From Candidatus Undinarchaeota archaeon (GTDB taxonomy: Archaea; SpSt-1190; JASMDC01), in NCBI GenBank assembly GCA_964519305.1, contig CAZFHY010000003.1, positions 34,111-98,110 of the forward strand: a DNA stretch of 64,000 bases, written 5' to 3'. Below the pieces are notes generated by a model that saw nothing but the letters and a program-made list of their open reading frames with translations, was not told the origin of the DNA and did not search any database. Positions within the stretch are counted from its first letter, which is position 1, and every line of letters starts with the position of its first letter. The position numbers and the translations under genes were made by a program. Shown one piece after another: positions 58,102 through 64,000 of the stretch.

Positions 58102-60285
58102 TTAATACACGCCGCCAGGGATTTCGGCCTTCATTCCCTTGCGCTTGCGGATATCCAGAATGGTCTTCTTCTGGAGATCGCGGGGCAATCGCTCGAAGTG
58201 CGAGTCGATGAGCGACCAATGACCCCGCCCGGTTGAACCGGAGCGCACGTCGGCAGTGAATCCGAACATGTCGGACACAGGCATCTTTGCCCTGATGATC
58301 ATCATGTTGCCTTCGTGCTCCATGTCCAGGATCTGGCCTCGGCGTCCCTGGATAAGCTTGGACATCTCACCCATGAACTCCTCAGGTGTATCCACACGGA
58401 TGATCTGACGCGGCTCCAAGAGGAAGGGATCTGCGTGGAGGAACGCGTTCTTGATACCGCCACGGACGGCAGGGATGATCTGGCCAGGTCCGCGGTGAAT
58501 GGCGTCCTCGTGCAGCTTGCAGTCGTAGAGCTTGACCATCACGTTGATGGCCTTCTCGTTCGCCAGCGGAGGTGTGTCCAACGCCTCATGGAACCCGTCT
58601 ACGATAAGCTCGATGATCTCGTGAAGGGCCACGACACCTCGTGTGAGGTCGATGAACATCGAACGGTTATAGATGTCCCTGACCTTCTTGGCCTCGTCAC
58701 GGTCCATGCCCGCGTCCACCAGTGCCTGAGTGAGCTCGTTGTCCTTGGACTTCACACGCCTCTCTGAGACGAATCCGTCATCGATGCACTTGAGCACGCC
58801 CTCCGGCATGGGCTCTACGGTCATGTAGAACTTGTTGTGCTTGTTGGGCGACTTACCCTCGACCTGTGGCGACTGCTTTCCAACACCCTCGTGGTAGACA
58901 ACGATCGGGGCCGAGGTCTCGATCTCGATGTTCTGCTCGTTCTGGATACGGTACTCCCAGATGTCGAGGTGGAGCTCGCCTAGACCTGATAGCAGGTGTT
59001 CCCCGGTCTCGGGATTGATCTCGACCTTGAGGGTGGGATCCTCCCGGGAGATGCGTCGCAGGACCTCGATTAGCTTTGGGAGGTCGCGCATCTGCTTGGC
59101 CTCGATGGCCTTTGTGACCACGGGCTCGAATATGTGCTTGATGGCCTCGAATGGCTCAATGTCGCTCTTATCGGAGATGGTCTCGCCAGAATTGGACGAG
59201 CGAAGACCAACGATTGCTACGATGTTACCGGCGGGCACTTCGTCCACGGGGAATCGCTGGGGGCCCTTGTACACCCCGACCTGCTGGATGCGCTCGGTCT
59301 TGTCGACACCGATGAGCTTAACCGTCATGCCCTTCTTCAGGATGCCTGAGAACACACGTCCTGTGGAGACATCACCCGCGTGCGGATCGTTGGTGATCCG
59401 AACGATCACCGCGACGGCAGGGCCATCGGGATCACATTCTAACAAGTGCTTGCCGTCCGAGGACTCGAGTTCACCTGGCCAGAGGCGAGGGATGCGGAAC
59501 TTCTGTGCGGTCACGGGATTGGGAAGATGCCGGACCACCATGTTGAGAACGACGTCCGAAAGCGGCGCCAGCTTGATCAGGTCCTGCTTCTTGTCCTGCT
59601 TGTACATGTCCGTGATGTCCGAGAACTTCCGGCCGTAGGCCTGCATGTAGGGGATGGAGAGGCCCCAGTTGTGGTAGGCAGAACCGAACGCAACTGAACC
59701 GTCGGCCACGTTGACCGTCCATTCGTCCTTCTTGTCCTTGGGTGCGAACGCGCGGATGAGCTCGTTGACGTCCTTGACGATCTTTACGATACGTTCCTGG
59801 ATCTTCTCCGGTGGGAGCTTGAGCTCGTTCACGAGCCTGTCGACCTTGTTAATGAAGAGGACGGGCTTGCACCGGTCCTTCATGGCCTGCCTGAGCACGG
59901 TCTCCGTCTGAGGCATTACTCCCTCAACGGCACAGGCCAGCACGATGGCTCCGTCCACGGCCCGAAGGGCACGGGTGACGTCGCCGCCGAAGTCCACGTG
60001 ACCTGGCGTGTCGATGAGGTTGATTAGGTAGTCCTGATCCTCGAGGGTGTGGACCATGGATACGCTAGCGGAGTTGATTGTGATGCCGCGCGCCTGTTCC
60101 TGGTCGTCAAAGTCCAGGAAGAGCTGTTGGCCCGCCAGTTCCTCGGAAATCATCCCAGCACCTGCAAGGAGGTTGTCCGAAAAAGTGGTCTTCCCGTGGT
60201 CTATATGTGCGATGGTGCAGATATTACGGATCTGATTCTGCTTCTTCATCAGTTCGAGGATTTGGTCAACCTTATTCTTAGCCAT
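58102..60285 (-). CDS. fusA: Elongation factor 2
   Basis: AHIDHGKTT, RGITI, DTPGHVDF, NKVD, GLGELHL; diphthamide loop LHEDAIHRGPGQ intact. Confidence 0.98.
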   Translation of the reverse strand: MAKNKVDQILELMKKQNQIRNICTIAHIDHGKTTFSDNLLAGAGMISEELAGQQLFLDFDDQEQARGITINSASVSMVHTLEDQDYLINLIDTPGHVDFGGDVTRALRAVDGAIVLACAVEGVMPQTETVLRQAMKDRCKPVLFINKVDRLVNELKLPPEKIQERIVKIVKDVNELIRAFAPKDKKDEWTVNVADGSVAFGSAYHNWGLSIPYMQAYGRKFSDITDMYKQDKKQDLIKLAPLSDVVLNMVVRHLPNPVTAQKFRIPRLWPGELESSDGKHLLECDPDGPAVAVIVRITNDPHAGDVSTGRVFSGILKKGMTVKLIGVDKTERIQQVGVYKGPQRFPVDEVPAGNIVAIVGLRSSNSGETISDKSDIEPFEAIKHIFEPVVTKAIEAKQMRDLPKLIEVLRRISREDPTLKVEINPETGEHLLSGLGELHLDIWEYRIQNEQNIEIETSAPIVVYHEGVGKQSPQVEGKSPNKHNKFYMTVEPMPEGVLKCIDDGFVSERRVKSKDNELTQALVDAGMDRDEAKKVRDIYNRSMFIDLTRGVVALHEIIELIVDGFHEALDTPPLANEKAINVMVKLYDCKLHEDAIHRGPGQIIPAVRGGIKNAFLHADPFLLEPRQIIRVDTPEEFMGEMSKLIQGRRGQILDMEHEGNMMIIRAKMPVSDMFGFTADVRSGSTGRGHWSLIDSHFERLPRDLQKKTILDIRKRKGMKAEIPGGVY

Positions 60286-60321
60286 GTCTGATCAACTCGC
60301 GTTGGGGGGGCAGCAGGTCGC

Positions 60322-61386
60322 TTAATGTGAAGCAGACGCTTGCCGCTCGATGTTCTCCTTCTTGTTAATGGAATAGCACTTGATGTCGTTGTTGTACGCA
60401 GCGATGAGCTCGTCGGCGATGGCCGACGCAAATGCCTTCTTCTTGCGGATCGTGTTATTGAACGAACCATGGCTCAGGAACCTCAGAGAGAGGTCGACGC
60501 GCCGCTGGGGCGAGACGTCCACAGGCTGGGGGCGTCTGACACCACCGAACACCACAGCGGTGATCTCGCACTTGGGCGCAGCATGAACCACGGCCTTAAC
60601 GAGCACCTCGATGGGGTTCTTCTTCGTCTTCTTTTCGATGATGAGGAAGGCTTCCTCCATAGCGTTGACAACGATGGCGGTCTTGCCGGCGTTGATACCC
60701 GAGGAGAACTTATGGTGCTTACCCTCGTGGCCGGTTACACCCATGAGCTTGTTGATGAACCTCTCGACGATGTGCTGCTTGCTCTTCCAGAACTGCTTGC
60801 GGGTGTGTCGACCCCCTGACTTGGGGACGAGGATGGGCCTGAGGTTGATGTAAGGCCGCAGGCCAGGATCCTCGATAAGGATCCCTGCGCTATCCCAGCG
60901 TCCATAGAGCTTGATGTCCGAAGGGAAGGGGGATGCGGGCTGGGGCTCGACGAGCTTGGGTGCCGATGGTTCTTCTACCTTAGGCACTACTTCTTCTTTC
61001 GGGGGCTCAGCCTCCTTCTTCTCTTCCTTAGGCTCGGCCTTTTTCTCGATCTTCTCCTCGACGGCCTTGGGTTCCTCGGCCTTCTTGGGCTCGGTCTTCT
61101 TCTCGACCTTCTCCTTGACGGCCTTGGGTTCCTCGGCCTTCTTGGGCTCGGTCTTCTTCTCGACCTTCTCCTTGGCGGCCTTGGGTTCCTCGGCCTTCTT
61201 GGGCTTGGTCTTCTTCTCGACCTTCTCCTTGGTGGCTTTGGGTTCCTCGGCCTTCTTGGCCTTGGTCTTCTTCTCCGCGGCAGCCTTAGTGGTCTTGGCC
61301 GCGGTCTTGGTCTCCTTGGGGGCCTTTACCGGAGCGGCAGGAGCCTTCTCCGGAGCTGCCTCTGTCTCTTTCTTCTTAGCTGGCAT
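60322..61386 (-). CDS. rpsG: 30S ribosomal protein uS7 with a ~155-aa repetitive N-terminal extension
   Basis: Core KLYGRW..DPGLRPYINL, IVERFINKLM, NPIEVLVKA, VDVSPQRRVD, ADELIAA, ERQA; AGGAGG RBS upstream of ATG 61386. Confidence 0.95.
   Translation of the reverse strand: MPAKKKETEAAPEKAPAAPVKAPKETKTAAKTTKAAAEKKTKAKKAEEPKATKEKVEKKTKPKKAEEPKAAKEKVEKKTEPKKAEEPKAVKEKVEKKTEPKKAEEPKAVEEKIEKKAEPKEEKKEAEPPKEEVVPKVEEPSAPKLVEPQPASPFPSDIKLYGRWDSAGILIEDPGLRPYINLRPILVPKSGGRHTRKQFWKSKQHIVERFINKLMGVTGHEGKHHKFSSGINAGKTAIVVNAMEEAFLIIEKKTKKNPIEVLVKAVVHAAPKCEITAVVFGGVRRPQPVDVSPQRRVDLSLRFLSHGSFNNTIRKKKAFASAIADELIAAYNNDIKCYSINKKENIERQASASH
61030..61275 (-). repeat. 57-bp (19-aa) tandem repeat, about 4 copies, KKTEPKKAEEPKAVKEKVE
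   Basis: Near-identical DNA units CTTGGGTTCCTCGGCCTTCTTGGGCTCGGTCTTCTTCTCGACCTTCTCCTTG on the + strand. Confidence 0.9.
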
Positions 61387-61391
61387 GCTCA

Positions 61392-61829
61392 CTACCTCCT
61401 ACCCTTCTCCTTCTTGCCCTTTAGGATTTCCTTGAGAGCGATATCGTTGACCTTGCAGACCTGCCAGCGCACACCGGGGATGTCACCCATAGAGCGCCCC
61501 ATGCGTCCGCCGATACCTTCAATCGTGACCTCGTCGTGCTCTTCGATCTGGTTGATAGCACCATCACCGGGAGCGAAGGCCGTGATCTGCTTGCCGTTCT
61601 TGATGAGCTGAATGCGAACACACTTGCGGATGGCTGAGTTCGGCTGTTTGGCCTCGATACCGACCTTCTCGAGAACGATCCCACGCGCTTGGGACGAGCC
61701 CTTGAGCGGATCAGTTTTCTCTTTGAGGTTCAAGTGCGATCGCTTGAAAACGCGATTGTACCATCGATACTTTCTGTGATGTTCCCTGAGCTTCTTTCCT
61801 GCGAAAAGACCGCGAGTTTTACGTGCCAT
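61392..61829 (-). CDS. rpsL: 30S ribosomal protein uS12
   Basis: [38 protein letters not shown]. Confidence 0.97.
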   Translation of the reverse strand: MARKTRGLFAGKKLREHHRKYRWYNRVFKRSHLNLKEKTDPLKGSSQARGIVLEKVGIEAKQPNSAIRKCVRIQLIKNGKQITAFAPGDGAINQIEEHDEVTIEGIGGRMGRSMGDIPGVRWQVCKVNDIALKEILKGKKEKGRR

Positions 61830-61831
61830 GA

Positions 61832-62272
61832 TCATCGTACCTCGATTGAGTCGAACTCATAGTGCCGCCGCATAATTTCACTGACCTTATTAAGTCTTTC
61901 TCCTTGTTTTGCGAGAAGGAAACGCTTTTCCTTGTTATCAAGGGTAAGATTGACTAATTTCTTACCATCGCTCTTCTCAGATAGATAGACGTCCTGCGGT
62001 TTCATTGGACGTAGGAGATTGCGTATGAATTGAAGAGGGTCCTTTGAGTACTCGATGACATCGAGCTCCTTTTCCAAGACCATCCTCACTCGTTTGATAT
62101 TGTTACCCTTCTTTCCTATTGCAAGGCCCAAGACTCCTTCGTTCACGATAAAGACGAGCTTATTGCTGTTATTCTCGAGGAAGCAGTCCTTAACGGTCGC
62201 GCCGGTGAGACGCTCAAACACGCTTATGTAGCGGATGAGTTCTGCGGTGAGCTTGATCCTTGCACGTGCCAC
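61832..62272 (-). CDS. nusA: Archaeal NusA (KH domain)
   Basis: [37 protein letters not shown]; canonical gene position. Confidence 0.93.
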   Translation of the reverse strand: MARARIKLTAELIRYISVFERLTGATVKDCFLENNSNKLVFIVNEGVLGLAIGKKGNNIKRVRMVLEKELDVIEYSKDPLQFIRNLLRPMKPQDVYLSEKSDGKKLVNLTLDNKEKRFLLAKQGERLNKVSEIMRRHYEFDSIEVR

Positions 62273-62274
62273 TT

Positions 62275-62550
62275 TTATTCTCCTTTGATAGCGAGGGCGG
62301 AAACCGAATAGGGCTTCCGACAGAGTTCCCCCAGGTCCATATTGTCGCCCGGATACTCGAAGATCGGTATCTCGGACAACTTAGCAGCATGGATTAGGTC
62401 GACCTTGCCCTTGCAGTTGTTCGCTACGATCAGTAGTTCGGCTTGGCCGAGCTTCGCAGCTTTCATAGTCTTGTCGAGGCCCCTGATGACTCGGCCCTCG
62501 GCAATGGCTCTCTTGATCATACGTTCGACGTTAGTAGTTGTGAGTTCCAT
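62275..62550 (-). CDS. rpl30e: 50S ribosomal protein eL30
   Basis: LLIVANNC, DLGELCRKPYSVSALAI; canonical position after rpoA2. Confidence 0.9.
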   Translation of the reverse strand: MELTTTNVERMIKRAIAEGRVIRGLDKTMKAAKLGQAELLIVANNCKGKVDLIHAAKLSEIPIFEYPGDNMDLGELCRKPYSVSALAIKGE

Positions 62551-62552
62551 TA

Positions 62553-64000
62553 TCACTCCACCTCACTCAGTGGTTTAGCGAGCAGTCGGATGCTCCCCGT
62601 CCCGGGGAACACAGGCTGTCCAACAGCGACGTTCTCAACGACACTGCTGAGGCGATCCACATCGCCCCTGATGGCAGCTTTCATTAGGTGCTTCATAGGC
62701 ACTTCGAAAGATGCCCGTGCCAGGACGCTCCCCTTCTCTCCCGACACACCGTATCGCCCGATAGCCTTGATGACACCATCCGATGTCATTGTGTCGGCAA
62801 CGAGCATGATGTGGCGGATGTCCACATTGGATACACCGGCCTCAGCCATTGTATTTGTGATCTCCCTGATGATGGCGTTACGAGCGGCCTCGATACCCAG
62901 CACGTTGGCGATCTCCTGGACGTTATTGGTCGTGGTGCGCCTTACATCCACGCCCTCCATGTTCAGGATCTCCGCCAAGTTGGAGCCTTCTGTATAGATT
63001 ATATACTCGTTCTCCCGCTTGCGGATCGTCGTGTGAGTGATATTCGGGATACCGATGACATGAGCATCGGCCAGACGTACACGCACAGTCTGGAGGTCCT
63101 TGATCGTATACTCCTTCTTCTTGGGCTTGACGATGATCTTACTATCTTCGTCTTCCAGGGTTGTGGTCACACCACGAACGCCCTTCTTGACCGCCTTGAG
63201 CACTTCCTGTGGCTCGAGCTTGATGGTCTTGAGCTTCTTCACATCCAGCTCAGCGACGATCGTAAGGTTCAGAAGGTCGAGACTGATGCCTGTGCAGAGG
63301 TCCTGTACAGCGGTGGATTTGATCCTGCCTGCGAGGACGATGGCCTCATCCCTGTTGTCCCTGGTCGCTTCGGCCATGAACACAGTCATGACGGGTGTGC
63401 TCGGTTCCTTCCTGGCGTCCACGATCTCGATGATACGTGGAAGACCCAGCGTGACGTTCATTTCCAGAACACCAGCATAGTGATATGTACGCATAGTAAG
63501 CTGAGTGCCCGGTTCGCCGATGGACTGTGCTGTGATGGATCCTATGGCCTCGAAAGGGTGGACCTGCATCTGAGCGTAGGTCAGGAGCAGGCGCTGAGTT
63601 GCATCCTTTGCTTGGGCAAGAGTGAGTTTCTCTGACTCGATGATGTCAGCGAACTCCTCTGCGAGCTTGGGTGGAAGGATCTCCCGTACTTCGTCCGTGA
63701 CGACCTTGTCGGCCGTAGGACGCTTCTTCCTTGGGACCTCCTTCTTCTCCTCGACCACGACGACCTCTTTCTTCTTGGACGCCCTCCTCTTATCGGCGGC
63801 TTTCTTCGCAGCGGCCTTGGTCTCCGGCTTATCGGCGGCCTTCTTCTTTTTCGTGGCTGCCTTTGAAGTGGTCTTTTTTGCTGCGGCCTTTGTCACCTTC
63901 TTTTCGGTGGTCTTCTTGGCCGTGGTCTTTTTTGCTGCGGCCTTTGTCACCTTCTTTTCGGTGGCCTTCTTTACCGTGGTCTTTTTTGCTGCGACCTTTG
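62553..64000 (-). CDS. rpoA2: DNA-directed RNA polymerase subunit A'' (Rpo1C) with Lys/Ala/Thr-rich N-terminal extension; 5' end lies outside the window
   Basis: [71 protein letters not shown]. The frame stays open from 63950 to the window edge (..[16 protein letters not shown]). Confidence 0.95.
   Translation of the reverse strand, partial: KVAAKKTTVKKATEKKVTKAAAKKTTAKKTTEKKVTKAAAKKTTSKAATKKKKAADKPETKAAAKKAADKRRASKKKEVVVVEEKKEVPRKKRPTADKVVTDEVREILPPKLAEEFADIIESEKLTLAQAKDATQRLLLTYAQMQVHPFEAIGSITAQSIGEPGTQLTMRTYHYAGVLEMNVTLGLPRIIEIVDARKEPSTPVMTVFMAEATRDNRDEAIVLAGRIKSTAVQDLCTGISLDLLNLTIVAELDVKKLKTIKLEPQEVLKAVKKGVRGVTTTLEDEDSKIIVKPKKKEYTIKDLQTVRVRLADAHVIGIPNITHTTIRKRENEYIIYTEGSNLAEILNMEGVDVRRTTTNNVQEIANVLGIEAARNAIIREITNTMAEAGVSNVDIRHIMLVADTMTSDGVIKAIGRYGVSGEKGSVLARASFEVPMKHLMKAAIRGDVDRLSSVVENVAVGQPVFPGTGSIRLLAKPLSEVE
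63869..64000 (-). repeat. 54-bp (18-aa) tandem repeat [18 protein letters not shown], at least 2.4 copies, running off the window
   Basis: TGGTCTTTTTTGCTGCG recurs with a 54-nt period on the + strand. Confidence 0.88.

Noticed and set aside
58480-58520. Possible loss of the EF-2 diphthamide site
   Set aside because: HEDAIHRGPGQ is intact.
61832-62272. Lower GC in nusA as a sign of foreign DNA
   Set aside because: The gene is in its canonical operon position with overlapping neighbours and no mobility signatures.
62688-63635. 315-aa + strand ORF opposite rpoA2, and similar long antisense ORFs at 49769-50659, 9687-10517 and 7730-8563
   Set aside because: All lie fully antisense to well-supported genes; expected in GC-rich DNA.

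Overview
Archaeal chromosomal window of moderately high GC. The right end holds the archaeal rpoA2-rpl30e-nusA-rps12-rps7-EF2-EF1a-rps10 cluster. EF-1a lacks the TACK/Asgard/eukaryote insertion, so the host is most likely a Euryarchaeota/DPANN-type archaeon, and the Cys-rich repeat styles suggest a DPANN-like lineage (inference). The left ~33 kb is dominated by very large, disulfide-rich exported proteins. These include a ~20 kb co-oriented, partly translationally coupled cluster: a 3312-aa adhesin-like protein with HxH, discoidin and five exact 78-aa Ca-binding repeats; an Ig-like protein; a class III signal peptide protein; and a 1738-aa Cys-rich membrane protein. Four unexpected patterns recur: (i) three separate single-pass surface proteins carry the same cytoplasmic Y-x-S-Y-Y motif in Tyr-rich tails; (ii) one exactly spaced 10-Cys module occurs in several proteins, including a lipoprotein-type Memo-AMMECR1 fusion; (iii) Lys/Ala-rich tandem-repeat extensions are attached to RpoA'', uS7 and a triple thioredoxin/DsbA membrane protein; (iv) an unannotated 29-aa ORF has its own promoter, RBS and terminator. 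The middle encodes salvage and housekeeping genes (adenine deaminase, deoxynucleoside kinase, Hel308, carbonic anhydrase, transporters). I saw no tRNA, rRNA, CRISPR array or transposase. All family calls come from reading motifs by eye; no database search was run.
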